NCBI GenBank assembly: GCA_048772705.1
Contig: JBLWGC010000159.1
Coordinates: forward strand, 62,001-126,000
Length of the DNA: 64,000 nt
Source of the DNA: Leidyana gryllorum EB-2025a
Lineage: Eukaryota; Protista; Apicomplexa
Direction of reading: 5' to 3'
The notes below the pieces were generated by a model. The model was not told the origin of the DNA and made no database searches. It worked only from the letters and a program-made list of their open reading frames with translations. The position numbers and the translations under genes were made by a program. Every line of letters begins with the position of its first letter. Positions within the stretch are counted from its first letter, which is position 1. Positions 37,501 to 49,490 of the stretch are shown here, piece by piece.

Positions 37501-38518
37501 ATGGCCTCAATAGACGAATTATCCGACTACTGCATCACATCCAGACCAGCCCCAGACCTCACCATCAGACGACCATGTGTTTACTGTCTGAGAGCCCGAG
37601 CAGATCTTTCCCGGGTATTCTGCCTGCCACTAGCCGCGGCTGGCACTATCATTGCCACTTGTATGCTTGTTATCGGAAGTCTGGAAACCACCATGTGTTG
37701 CTATTTCCTCATTGATAGAGATGATCCAGTGGACGACGAGCTACTGGCCGTCTATCTCGGCATCGCCCTGTTTCGAGCTTTGTGCGGCCTAGGGACACTA
37801 CTCAGTCTCATTTTCGGCGCTCGTACGGCCTTTGCAGACTGGGCGAATACCGGTGAGTGTGAAGACTCGAATGTATGTTTGCGAATCTTGCTCCAGAATT
37901 CAACTGCTTGCACTGTGATATGCTATGGTAATCAATCGATTGGACCTTTACATATCTACTTTCATGCTATGCCCTGTCTTTTTATGCTACGCATCGGAGC
38001 ACACACCACACGCATCCTCTCATTCTTCAGGAATTATGGTCTCTTCGCTGGGCCTCCCCATCATCGCTTTCTTGTTCATATTTGACGCATATTCTAGCAG
38101 CGCCTATGCTGGGCGACTTTGGTGGAGGCACATGACAGCGGTGGCCAGTGCTTATTCATTGACTTATATGGCTATTGGGTATTGGCTTGCGAGTGTAATG
38201 ACATCTTGGAAAGCCGTGCGAACAGCAGGCGGATCAGGATGCGAATTTCGTAGTTACCGCGATCTGCGTCGCGCACCTCAACATTCCCCTCAAGGCCCCA
38301 CGATAATCGAATCGGAGCACATTGAGTTAAATGACTCAATGGAATCGGGTATGGGTCCTCAGCGCGTCTTCTCGATCCCGGAATTTCGTCCCCTCGACGG
38401 GCGCGCCCGACAATTGTGGAGGATCAAGCGCGATGACGATGAGGAAAGCGTGAGCCCCAAGATAGACAAGGATGTGTTTTCCACGAGCGGGCCGGCCGAT
38501 CAGGGAATGCCCGTTTAA
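37501..38518 (+). CDS. Hypothetical multi-pass membrane protein, multi-exon
   Basis: About four hydrophobic segments across ORFs 37501-38085 and 37925-38518. Confidence 0.55.
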
Positions 38519-38534
38519 GAATAGCGCTTGACAA

Positions 38535-40533
38535 ATGAATAGCTCAAAGGCGACTCTTTCCAGTCGGTCTCCGGACATGCGGACAACATTCCTAGGCAAG
38601 AAAGGACCTCGGCCGAATTCAGCTGATCCTCGTCCCAACAGTGTACACTCAACACAGATCTCGGACGACTTGTATCTGGCTCTCCCCCCTGCTTTCTTTC
38701 TACGTAAGACGTTTTTGGGGATAGCTGAGAGGGACGTTGACTCGTACCCTGAGGAGCATTGCTACTTGGACGAGGAAGTGCGGACAGAAGATGAGATTCT
38801 TTGCGCTTGTGGAGCTGCGCGATCCACCACGCCTCAGCGAGCGACGGCTCACGGCGGTATCTCTAAGGTCTATATTCGCTCACCATCACCTCAGAACGAA
38901 GGAGTAACCGAAACAATATCAAACCGGCCGTCAACGGGAGAAAGCAGCGTGTACTCGAGCTGCAACGAACGACAGAACCGGAAATCACCATCCATTTTAA
39001 CATCCCCAGGTCCACTGGCTGTTGAGCGAATAGCCGTGCACCAACACTCCATAACCCACAGTGCCGATGAGGCCTCGCCCAATAGACGTCTTGCCCGTTT
39101 CCTCAACGCCCAAACCCTGCGTACTGCTTCAAGCAAGAATGCACAGTCTCCCCCAGGCGAGGAAAGTACTCGGGAGGATTCGCCGAGACAGAGTGAGGAT
39201 CGTCCTCACGCTCCCACCCCTCTTCCCGAGTCTCGGCCTTCGCGACGCCGTGGCCGTCCCACCGAGTCCGTCAGTTCTGGCCGCCGCGTCGCCCTCCAGT
39301 CAAATCACACATTCACATCGAACGAGCCGGTTTCAAACGAAACCATGAATGAGGGTGCTCCTGAGCGCAAAGAGTCCAGTCTCGAGCATCTCAGACTGTC
39401 GATGGATGAAGAGTCAGTGCTCCAAAGAGGAGCTTCGAATTCAGATGCCGCTGAGCCCTCTCCACTCAACTACCGTTCCGCTTCGACTGATGTCATACGT
39501 GGCACCCAGAACGAACAGTCCTCTGGTTGTGGACGTATCTCGGCGCCGCCCACCCTTTGTATGGGAGGCGCACCACCCTCTAGCAGCCTCATATACGCTT
39601 CACCTGCTGCAGCACTTTCTCCGGCGGCAGGACTTCCGTCGTCCTCGCCTGCGGATGACGATTTGGCAGCACTTTTGCAGCAGAATCTGCGGGAAATCGA
39701 AGAAGAAGAGGCAGAGCAAGAAGCCGAAGCCCTCCGATTGGTCGAAGCCGCTGCTCGACCACCTTTGAATGTACCATCAAGTCCTCCAACCCCACCGCGC
39801 GACATTAATGCCGCTGCCATCCCTCCTGTGGATCAGGACGACCAGACTCCACACCACAATGAAGAGAACGACGAGATGGCAGTCGATCAACTTCAAGCAG
39901 TTATAACTCCAACTCCAGTTCATGCCGGATCAGACTGCATTATTGCTCAGGACGTTCAATCATCGCAACAGCATCCAAGCCCGTTGCCTAGACCTCTTCT
40001 ACCTGAAGAGGCGTTTGCTCGTCCATATACGCCGGTGCATAGTACTCCTCCCCCGATACCCCCAATTCCGCCCCCACAGGATAACAGCACCCGCGTGCGA
40101 CATCGTTCACCCGTTCAAATGCTTATGAGAAATATCGCTAAACGGCTCTTGCCTCGACCAGGATCGAAAACTGTCAATCAAATTCAAGGTGAAGCGAGAT
40201 CACCAACCGCATCATCGGCAGTCAATGCCTCGCCTCCCTCTACCGAAAACTGGACAGCTGATTCAGGCGGACCGCCACTTAAAGCAGTTGCCTCCGCACA
40301 AGCGCAACTGCAACCTACCCCCCCAGCTCGTGCCGCCGCACCTCAACGCAAATTATCGTATGTTTACTCTCTCTCTCTCCCAACTTTCACAACCGCAACC
40401 CTCTTCAGACACACTGCAGTGCCGGTTGCGGCAGTTGAAAGTACGCCAAGGCGACCTCCGAGTTTGCCACGTATGTGTTTGGCTCGATGTCAGCCTGAAG
40501 CTCTGCATCTTGATCGGTACGAGTGACTTACAC

Positions 40534-40630
<97 letters not shown>

Positions 40631-42537
40631 ATGCTGCCCAAGAGAGACACAAGCGCGCGATGTGGTCTCTTTCATCATACCGGAACTTACCGCAATCATC
40701 AGATCCACCAGAACGTTGAGTGATCAATCATCATCGGTTCCGTTCTGTGACTTACGTTGTCTTCCTCGACTGTTACCTCGTCCGTCTATGCCCGCGCGAA
40801 TACGGCAACGCGAATCTGCTCCGAAGCCTCCTCTGCCACGCAAAGTTTGGGCTCCTCCTTGTTCTTGCGCCGAGCATATGAACTATCCTCTCCCATCTCC
40901 ATCACCTCCGGGTCCTCCGCACTTGTGGCGCCCGACGCCTCCACCAATACCGAGTTGGCGGCAGCGACCTGTGAGTGGGGGGGTGACTAGTTCTGGTTCG
41001 TGCTGTTCCAGCCGTGGAGAAAGTTATGTGCCCCCTGCAAAGGTATGTTGCGATGAATAGGATTCTGAGGTCTCTGTTTGTCTGTCAGGGAGGAATGAGA
41101 ACGTTAGTTGGAGTATTCTCGGCTGTAGAGGATGCGGCGCTACAGAAGTACTTTAGTTGTCTTGAAGATCTCCGTCGTCAAGGCGATCCTTTGGCCGCTA
41201 CTCTGTCAGCAGCGTGTGCTCCTCCAGTGCCACCTTCTCACAGCGAGTCTAGCTCTGTTTGTGAAGGCGGCGGCCAGTGTGTGTGCAATCATAGTGGGGA
41301 GGACGAGGAGCCAGGCGCGATTTGGTTGGGGAGTCTGCTGGACGGTGCAACGCCACTGAGCCAGCGTTTGCGTCGACAGGTCAGCAATCGTCCGCCAACG
41401 CGGGCGGGCAGCCGCAAGGCAGTAGCCGAAGCCATAACTGAGGTCCGGAAAGGAGACACAAGCGAGAGTGCTTCGACGCGACGCCGCAGGGTGTCAACAC
41501 TGTCACCGGCCCCTCCAGCACCCCCTTCTCTGAGCCGCATGACCAGTTATCATACCCCCTGCAGTCACGCAACTGGAGGCGGGCGACGAGATGCATGGGA
41601 ACGCCGAGTTGCGGAGAAACGAATAAAGCGGTTCCTGAGACACGTTGTCATGAAGCGCCGCCTCAAGCGTATAAAGGAATTGAACGACTCTGCTCGTACG
41701 ATCCAACGATGGTACCGCAGTCGACTCGCTGCTCGACAGGATCGGGGTGCCATCGCCGAGTGTCGCACGGCCGGACGACTTCAGTTTTGGCCCCCCCTCG
41801 TCCCAAGCATTAACCGAGCCCGTGGGTTCAAAGAAGATAGCGCTACCAACGAAGAGGACGAAGATGAGGAGGACGACGACGACTTTGATGAGCAGATGTT
41901 AGAGGAAGAGGAGGAGTACACAGAAGAGGGGTACCCCGTGGAAGAAGAGAGCTATGAGACGGAGGAATCGTCGACAGCGAATGATTATCGTGAGTTGGTT
42001 CGTCGATATGCCTCTCCACGGCGGTACCGGACGGCAATGATGAGAAGAGACTATCACCGAGGGCTGGCTCACGATCATGAGTCAAGTACCGACAGTTGCC
42101 ACCACCACTATGAATGGATGCGTCGTGAATACCCCGTGGCTGCAGCGCCCTCCTGCTACCATTGGATGCGCCACAATCACTCAGGAGCGGCTGCGCATCA
42201 CCACCACCCGCTCCCGCCCCGGCGGACCGCGGGTGCCGCGGCCACGTACCTTTCGAAGCACCGGAAGGTCACCTACGCTCCTCCGACGTCGGCGGACGAG
42301 TCAGAGGAAGACGTTTGGAGAGGCGAGTCAAGTCTCTGTGCTGCCAGCATATACAACGGCCACCACCACATCGATTGTATGTGCGGCACCCGAGAGCCTC
42401 CGTTCGAACTCTGGCCGTACCCTCCTGACGAAGGCGCTTCGTCTGACGGGATTAGACGAGGAGGGGACCTGGGAAGACACACCAGGGCGCGTGTCAAGGT
42501 CACAATGGATCGTGCATCCAACAGAGTACTAAGATGA
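38535..42537 (+). CDS. Large low-complexity protein with IQ calmodulin-binding-like motif (could be two genes)
   Basis: ORFs 38535-40526, 40662-41060 and 41014-42537 are separated by GT-AG introns; SARTIQRWYRSRLAAR fits IQxxxRxxxxR. Confidence 0.55.
40536..40629. repeat. (AC)47 microsatellite, apparently intronic
   Basis: Perfect AC dinucleotide run downstream of donor GTATGT at 40471. Confidence 0.97.
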
Positions 42538-42644
42538 TAATGCTGCGGTTTGACTTTTTGCGTCCAGGATCATGACGCCCCGCTCGAGACGGCGTTCAGC
42601 GGCCTATCTGAGCACGGCACCTCGCTTATATCATTTTTTTGGTA

Positions 42645-44732
42645 ATGTCCATGGAGGCCGTGCAAACCTTCTTACACGGGGTAAGCAGCCACCCCCGAAG
42701 TAATGTGTAAACAACATTGCAGCCCGCTACCTCACAAACACTCAAGCAGTTGCTCGATGTTGTAAGTGTCTCTTGAAGTGTTTTGATTAAGATAGACTCT
42801 AGGTTCCAATCCGAGCAATTTGTGCAACGATAATCCATGCCGAAAGCACAGCACAGCGTTTGCAGTGTTCTGAAGCCCTCAATCGAGCCCTGGCAGTCGA
42901 CGGTTTCGGAGAAAAGTATGTTGTCTTGGCCACCTTGCGATACCTACGGAACCAATCCGATCCGGACCCCCGCGAATTACTCGAGTTTCTGCAACTCCTC
43001 GTAGCCCAAGAGAACGAAGAGATACGATACAATGTCTACAGTCGGATGCTCCCCGCCATGTGTGAGGCTGTTGCGGCCGCGAGCCTCATCGCGCCCTCAA
43101 ACAATGTTGAGATTGATTGGCTCCAAGTCGACCACGATTTAGTCCAAGCGATACTTCTCCCTCTCTTTGATTCGGAGGAGACCTTATTAGCTGAAATGGT
43201 CGCCCGCAGTATCCTGAGCGCTTTTGAAGGGCGCATCCTCACTATTCGTCTTGATGCCGAGGCCTTCGTTACCGCTTGGGGCCTGGACTTGGCCAATGCA
43301 CCGGACATCGAATGTCACCTCAAGGACTGGCGTCAAAAGAAGAGCACCGGCCGCTTAGGCCTCGAACTCACACAGCTGATCAATCAACTGGAAGTGCGTC
43401 TCAAGGGCGAGCTGGATTTGAAGGTAAGACGGTCGCAGACAGCTTTGACGAGGCATTACCATCGGCAACAGCAAAATCCGCGTCCATGGTACAATGCGGA
43501 CACCGTGCGCGTGCGCGCTGCAAGTCTCCTCATCAAATTGACTGATTGCACTCCGTGGCTACGGGAACGATGTTTGGAGCAAGGTGAGCTCATTTTCCAG
43601 TTTGCGGCGTTGAAGCGTTCCCGGCAGGATGGTATTCTGTCATCATGAAAGACATATTCTATTCCGATGACCTTTTGCTGAGGCTGAGTGCGGGTCAATT
43701 AATCATTGAAGAAATTGTCCACACGACAACTGGATTGGCATACATATTTCAACACGGCTGGCACAAGCGGCTGGCAGCGGATCTGCACTTGGATCAAGGT
43801 GGACAAGCTAGTGCAACTCTCCGCATGGCCCTGCTGCGTGTTTTGGCCAACATACTGGCAGACGTTCCTGAGAGCCGGGAAGATATATTGGATTCCAAAG
43901 ACAGCAGCTTCATGCGAATGGTAGCGGAGTCGTTCTACGCCTCGAAATCAGATCCAGACTATGACGTTCTGCGTACCACAGCCATCAGCTGTATTGGTTG
44001 TGTGGCCCACGCCCTGAACAAAGAAGGACTGGCTGCCTTGCGGATAGCCATCCCCAACTGGATGGATGAGGTGAGCGCAAGCCGGTCGGCTGAAAGATAA
44101 ATGCTCGTTATTGCAGATGGCGTGGTGCTTGAAGCACGGTTCGGAGTCTGAACTCTTGGCTTGTTTGGCAGCTCTTGTCCGAGTGTTTAAGATGGCCAAG
44201 GTTGACGAAGAGAACGCCCACGTATATGAGGAGGTTTTCGTTCCCCCAGTGAGTGACGGTTTTGCTCTCCCCACATTGGGGCTTGTCGGTCAGATCTTGA
44301 GCATCCTCGTTGAGAAGAGCTTTCCTTTGCAAGTCGAGCTCTCGTACCGTGTCCTACTGGAGATGCTGCAGAGCGGCATGCGAGCCACTCTGACAGCCTT
44401 CTGCCACCGCGACGACTTGCAGAAGCAGCTATTCGTCCCTCTGTACTCTGATCCCCCTTCTGTCAAGTATGCGAAACACGACTTTGTGTCCGTGGCTGTC
44501 AACGGGTTCTCGAAGGTGTTGGATGAGTGCGGTGAGTGGTCGCAGTGAAAGTGGTTTTCATTCCCTATTGCAGGTAACAATTTGGTCCGAGATGCATTCC
44601 GCGCTTATGCGAACGGGAACCCGTTTGTGCCCCCTCCGCAATACAAAGGTGAGAAAGATGAAGCTTTGGGTGGGCTGACTTTTTCACCGTTCAGATGACT
44701 CGGTGTTGGTGGCCGATAAGGCGGACTCTTAG
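42645..44732 (+). CDS. PSMD5: Proteasome base assembly chaperone S5b/Hsm3-like ARM/HEAT protein, multi-exon
   Basis: DTVRVRAASLLIKL, DGILSSMKDIFYSDDLLLRLSAGQLI...TTGLAYIFQHG and KYAKHDFV resemble PSMD5 segments. Confidence 0.7.
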
Positions 44733-44756
44733 GAATAAGGATCGACAATGTGGAAT

Positions 44757-44793
44757 TCTATCTATCTATCTGACTGACTGACTGACTGACTGA
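44757..44793. repeat. Compound tetranucleotide microsatellite (TCTA)3(CTGA)6
   Basis: Directly visible in the convergent spacer, abutting the tubulin stop codon. Confidence 0.9.
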
Positions 44794-46575
44794 TCACGGC
44801 CAAACGATCTTCACTTTGGTTCGTTTGGTGAAATCCTTCTCCGCTTTGGAGGCCTCTCCTTGTTCTTCATCCTCTGAAGATTCCTTTTCGTCCTCCCCGG
44901 TGGGAGATTTGTTCTCCATTTCTCTGAGGCCAAGAAGGTGGTCGAGGGCGTTGTATTGTTGTACAGTGCCAAGGAGCTTCTCGGACGAAAGCAAGAATTG
45001 GTCGAGGTCCACACCCATCTCCTCATATCTGTGAATGAAGGCCTTGCGACGCACGCTAAGATTGAATAGCTGCCTCAATTTGTCGAATTGCGCACTCATA
45101 GCCGTTGTTGCTCCAAAGAAGGCAGCTGACATGAGTAGATTGCGCTCAGGTACTCTGAATATGTGACTGTGAGTTCGCTTCGGTAGTCTTGCAATCCAAC
45201 TCTCCGTTAATTCTTGAACATTATGATGCTCTATGGCGATCGTTTGCCGAATCACCTCATCCCGCCCGACATCTGGACCTCTCCAAATGGTTAAAGCTTT
45301 GATGTATCTCCCCGTATAGGGATTGTATGTGGCAAACATATGCTGCGGATCGTACAGAGACCAACAGAGCTCCCGAATACTGGGCCGCCGGCGTCGCATT
45401 AAATCCGGATACGGCGGATTTGAATCCACCTTCGGGATATCGAGCGGCGCCTCTCGATGCCGCCGTCGCCGATCTTTGTCCTCTTCGACATTGTACGTAT
45501 TACTCGCTCTCGTCAGCATCTGGGTTCTGTCTAAATGGGTTGGGGTGAGCTGCCGCTCGATCCCCGGCCTTTCCATCTCCTTTTTGTTCAGTTTCAGTCC
45601 ATAACTCGGGGCCCCTTTCTCCAAAGACACGTTCTCCCGGATGCTGGTGAGCGGCGAGAATCCCCCGACAATGAAAGGCAGTTTTGGCGCGGGTGTCAGG
45701 ACTCGCGTGAGAGCCGGAATGTCCAGAGCTGAATAGGTGAGCTTCTTTCGGCGGCCCTTCTCGTTCTTCCCGTACGGATAGCGTGTGGGACACGTTAAGG
45801 AGCCGAGCAAACTCGCACCCAGATCGTCCAGCAGCTGATGTGTTCCGTCCGGAATGTTGAGCATGTTGAGACTGATGTCGAATAACGACTCGTTGTCAAT
45901 GAGGAGTGTCATATGGGCGTTTTCGGGCATCTCATTCAACGTGAATACGCTATTGAGAATCTCTAAGGGGCTATGCGATGACAGTGTGCTCGTGGGGGTC
46001 ATTCCGGGGATCGAGCACATGTTGACAATCGCCTGTTTGGGAGCGATGTCCTTTAGCAGACTGATGATCTCGGAGGCCACGCCGCCTCCAAAGCCCCCGG
46101 ACGTGCTGTGGGTGAGGAGAAAGGAGGTGGGGAAGTCACAGCGTTCCAGCTCAGCCCGTAGCGAGGGGATGAAGGCTCGCTGGGAGGCTGTCATTGACTG
46201 GCGAAAGTCGGCGACTGCTCTGTGCCAGATGCCCTGAGAAGACGGTTGTCGAGCGAAGTGGAGATTCTGGGGACGAAAAAGAGAGTTGAAGAGACTGTTG
46301 TCGTCAAAGGTGAACGTTGTGCTGGGATCCGAGTCGACAAAGATTGCGCGGGGGGTATAAATGGAGGAGGGCTGATCGATTTCGAGGAAAAACGGGACGA
46401 GGTTTGTGTGGGTGATGAGGAGGTCCTCGTCAGAGACTGGGCTGGAAGGAGATGTTTGGGGTTTAGTTGAGCGTCCATCGGGACCAATTGAGTGCTCAGA
46501 ACACAGTAATTTCCAGAATGACTGACCCAAGCCACATCCTGTGGATCCACAGTGAATGGAAACACATTCTCGCAT
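44794..46575 (-). CDS. Highly divergent tubulin-superfamily protein (593 aa, intronless)
   Basis: MRECVSIHCG, FWKLLCSEHSIGPDG, PRAIFVDSDP, ERCD, HSTSGGFGGG, IDNESLFDI, RRKAFIHRYEEMG; acidic tail. Confidence 0.92.
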   Translation of the reverse strand: MRECVSIHCGSTGCGLGQSFWKLLCSEHSIGPDGRSTKPQTSPSSPVSDEDLLITHTNLVPFFLEIDQPSSIYTPRAIFVDSDPSTTFTFDDNSLFNSLFRPQNLHFARQPSSQGIWHRAVADFRQSMTASQRAFIPSLRAELERCDFPTSFLLTHSTSGGFGGGVASEIISLLKDIAPKQAIVNMCSIPGMTPTSTLSSHSPLEILNSVFTLNEMPENAHMTLLIDNESLFDISLNMLNIPDGTHQLLDDLGASLLGSLTCPTRYPYGKNEKGRRKKLTYSALDIPALTRVLTPAPKLPFIVGGFSPLTSIRENVSLEKGAPSYGLKLNKKEMERPGIERQLTPTHLDRTQMLTRASNTYNVEEDKDRRRRHREAPLDIPKVDSNPPYPDLMRRRRPSIRELCWSLYDPQHMFATYNPYTGRYIKALTIWRGPDVGRDEVIRQTIAIEHHNVQELTESWIARLPKRTHSHIFRVPERNLLMSAAFFGATTAMSAQFDKLRQLFNLSVRRKAFIHRYEEMGVDLDQFLLSSEKLLGTVQQYNALDHLLGLREMENKSPTGEDEKESSEDEEQGEASKAEKDFTKRTKVKIVWP

Positions 46576-46609
46576 TTGCGGGATGGTGCGGATGATAGGT
46601 GCACAAAAA

Positions 46610-49096
46610 ATGCAGAGAAATAGATTGGTGTGGTTAGAGGATGGAAAGTGCGATTGGGGGTGCGGGCACGACCAGAGGGTGGCCATTGATGTCTTGACTG
46701 TCCACCGAGAGGTGGTGGTGGACTCTGAAGGGTGCCGGGTAACTCATCACAACGTCGAGTGTCAGCCGTCAGGCATAGATGCCAAGTGTGTCCATGACGC
46801 TTCGACCAAACTGAGACAGTTGAGTAGGAGATATGATGAGCGTAATATGATAAATAAAGAAGGAAGTGAGGTGACCTATTACGCCCGTCTCAATATCCCG
46901 CCGCTTCAAGCGGACGAAAAGATCCAAACGCGTCACCTACACACTAAGGTGCGCCAAAAGGCGCCCTCCTACAAGTCCACACAGTCAACCACGCCCCCCA
47001 GATCAGTGGGAGACACTGATCTCGATGGATCAGACTTGGAGGATCAAGATGACGCCATACCCGTTTTGCCAGTGTCTCCACGCTCCACCAAACGCCGCAA
47101 GCCCAGACGATTGTCGCCCTCCAACGGCACAACCAATATTCGAATAAACGCCTCTGCTGCCAACAATGCCCCTCACCAATCAGAGAACAACACTACTCTC
47201 TCGCCTCCGGCCTCACAAGAGCGTCCTGTCGCCACGGCCGCCGCCACCGCAGCTGCTACGGCCTCTCCGCCTCGAAGTTTCACCGAGACATACGAGTATG
47301 AATGTTCGGAGAGTTGCGATGCTCCCTTTGGACTTGACGGAGGACCCAATACGTTCAGGGACACGGACGACGTGGAATACTATTCAGCTCCTCGGCGACC
47401 GCTCAAGGTGTCTCTGGACCCATTGCCCCCGACACCCCCCCCGTTGTCGCAGACGACACCCCCTCAGTCGGTGTCTCCATGGCCTCATTCCGGCTTGGAG
47501 TCCGTGGGATCCCAATCAATTAGTACCTCAAAGATACCCGCGACATTACACAGCGCCTCGGATTATCCCTCCACCCAGTTCGCACAACCTGATTTGCACT
47601 CCTATGCAGCATCCCAGTCCACATTGAGACCCGACTGGGTACCCCAAAGGTCGACCATTGGTAATCCCATCACTCAGACGACCACAACCCCTGCGACCGT
47701 CACCGCCCCCTCTGAGCCGACCGCTGCCGACGTATTCTTGCGACGCCGTCAATTCGAGCCGACACCCAATGTGCCCCGATATACCACCACAAACACTATT
47801 ACGGGTACTCCGAATGTTCCGACTGCGCATATGGGCAGATCCACCGTGGGAGGGACCACTCTAATGCCGCCGCCCAGCATCAATTCTCTGTTCCACCCGT
47901 CAGCAACAGTGACTACCACCACGACTACAACGAGTGCCTATCCTCCACCATATGTTCCATCGCGCTTGCCACAGTATCACCGGACGAGCCCCCCTCACAA
48001 CGGTCAGACCCCCACATTACCTCCGCATCCACCCACACTCCCACCCACCCGGACGACAATCGGCACTACGGCTCCGATACCCACTTATTCTCGTCAGCCA
48101 CAACCCAATCTTTACCGTCCAGTACGAAGTCGGGTATTGCGAACGTCCGTCAGTCCGCTGTTGGACGTTCGCACCACCCCTCTGAATGGGAGACAGACTC
48201 CGCCTCCCCTGCTGATGACAAATGTGGATACGCCTATCAATAGCTACACACAGCCACAAGCGACTCCGGTGGCGGCGTCATCAGTATCTCATTCGCGCCA
48301 GACTGCGCACGGGCGACCTGAAAACCTCGTCATCAGGTACATATCGGCTCCAAGTCAACAGGCTGAGGAGGCGACCCCACGAACACGTCTACCACACACA
48401 TATGTTGGTAACCACACATTCTTGTCTCCTCGCTATGACAAGACCCTTCGCACCCCCTCGCGAGATAATACCTCCTCGAGACACCTCGACCACTCTGCTT
48501 TGCCAACCCGACCACCCAAATACTTCCCCCCAGGAGAAAACAGCCGAGTGACCCCCAACCCGTCTGTCTATGGTGGTGGGCCGGCGCAGCATCAGCAGCC
48601 ACAAAGGTCTTCCACAGTTTTCCCGCGTTACATCGAGGCTTCCCCTAATTCGGCTGTGCCACCGGCCGCCACAGGATCTTTCGTGGGACGACCCCAGGCG
48701 CAGGCGCAACATCACCACTGTGTGCCCCATCCCTCTCATCAGTATGAGCAATACCCGCTTCCACGAATTCATGGCGTTGAAGGATCAGCGACCCCGCAGC
48801 AGCCAAGAAATAATGTATTTCGACCGTGTCCGATTGTGCAACAGCCCCCCGCGGGAGGACTGGCGAGTATACCACCCCCCCGAATTGAGCAATACCACAC
48901 TGTGAGACCGCAAGCTCATGTTTTACACGCGGCGGCGGCTCCTGACCAGTATACAACCCCCCCGAGTCATGTTATCAAGGATCGCGGTACATCCGAGACC
49001 AGTAAGAATCCTCCTCCTTTAAGCGGCAGCGGATCTCCCCGAAGATTGCGTAGTCGCACACGAATCAAAAGCGCCAGAACAGTAAAGTTTCATTAA
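46610..49096 (+). CDS. Hypothetical Pro/Thr/Ser-rich protein with small globular N-terminal domain
   Basis: 846-codon ORF; likely start is aaaaaaATG at 46610 (MQRNRLVWLEDG). Confidence 0.65.
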   Translation: MQRNRLVWLEDGKCDWGCGHDQRVAIDVLTVHREVVVDSEGCRVTHHNVECQPSGIDAKCVHDASTKLRQLSRRYDERNMINKEGSEVTYYARLNIPPLQADEKIQTRHLHTKVRQKAPSYKSTQSTTPPRSVGDTDLDGSDLEDQDDAIPVLPVSPRSTKRRKPRRLSPSNGTTNIRINASAANNAPHQSENNTTLSPPASQERPVATAAATAAATASPPRSFTETYEYECSESCDAPFGLDGGPNTFRDTDDVEYYSAPRRPLKVSLDPLPPTPPPLSQTTPPQSVSPWPHSGLESVGSQSISTSKIPATLHSASDYPSTQFAQPDLHSYAASQSTLRPDWVPQRSTIGNPITQTTTTPATVTAPSEPTAADVFLRRRQFEPTPNVPRYTTTNTITGTPNVPTAHMGRSTVGGTTLMPPPSINSLFHPSATVTTTTTTTSAYPPPYVPSRLPQYHRTSPPHNGQTPTLPPHPPTLPPTRTTIGTTAPIPTYSRQPQPNLYRPVRSRVLRTSVSPLLDVRTTPLNGRQTPPPLLMTNVDTPINSYTQPQATPVAASSVSHSRQTAHGRPENLVIRYISAPSQQAEEATPRTRLPHTYVGNHTFLSPRYDKTLRTPSRDNTSSRHLDHSALPTRPPKYFPPGENSRVTPNPSVYGGGPAQHQQPQRSSTVFPRYIEASPNSAVPPAATGSFVGRPQAQAQHHHCVPHPSHQYEQYPLPRIHGVEGSATPQQPRNNVFRPCPIVQQPPAGGLASIPPPRIEQYHTVRPQAHVLHAAAAPDQYTTPPSHVIKDRGTSETSKNPPPLSGSGSPRRLRSRTRIKSARTVKFH

Positions 49097-49107
49097 TCAG
49101 TGTGTGT

Positions 49108-49455
49108 CTACCTGCGTCGTGGCCGCATTAATAACCGTTCAGTACCCCTTGGTGGAAGCCTTCCCTTCAGAGGGGACCTAAGATGTAATATAATGGCCAC
49201 ACACCCAAAAAGTATTGCCACACTCGCTATCGCCAGCCAGGATAAGACTACCAGCTGCTCTTGGTACCTTGCCATCGTCATAAACGGCCAGCCTTGAAGC
49301 ACCCCTCCAACAGTATTTATACCCGTCGCAACAACGGCACTCAACAATAAGTGCTTGAACTGTGCCGAAGGTTTCCCCAATCGCACCCCATCCGAAAAGA
49401 GAAAGCCGCCCCCTTTATTCAAGTTCGACCTCCGACCTTGAGGTGCCAATCGCAT
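49108..49455 (-). CDS. Small hypothetical protein with two transmembrane segments
   Basis: MRLAPQ...LLLSAVVATGINTVGGVL...LVVLSWLAIASVAILFGCVAIIL; exactly fills the gap between its neighbours. Confidence 0.5.
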   Translation of the reverse strand: MRLAPQGRRSNLNKGGGFLFSDGVRLGKPSAQFKHLLLSAVVATGINTVGGVLQGWPFMTMARYQEQLVVLSWLAIASVAILFGCVAIILHLRSPLKGRLPPRGTERLLMRPRRR

Positions 49456-49490
49456 TGACAGTTTTTTGCCCTTAATATATTTCCACCTCC

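Noticed and set aside
40189-40727. ORFs with poly-HT or poly-CV tracts
   Set aside because: Translations of the (AC)n microsatellite in an intron
33776-44732. Proteasome cluster RPT6 + PSMD5
   Set aside because: Over 7 kb and at least three genes apart; S5b chaperones the Rpt1-Rpt2-Rpn1 module rather than Rpt6
46556-46686. Head-to-head CDS overlap between the tubulin ORF (to 46686) and the 846-aa ORF (from 46556)
   Set aside because: The tubulin almost certainly starts at MREC (46575) and the other gene at 46610, which removes the overlap
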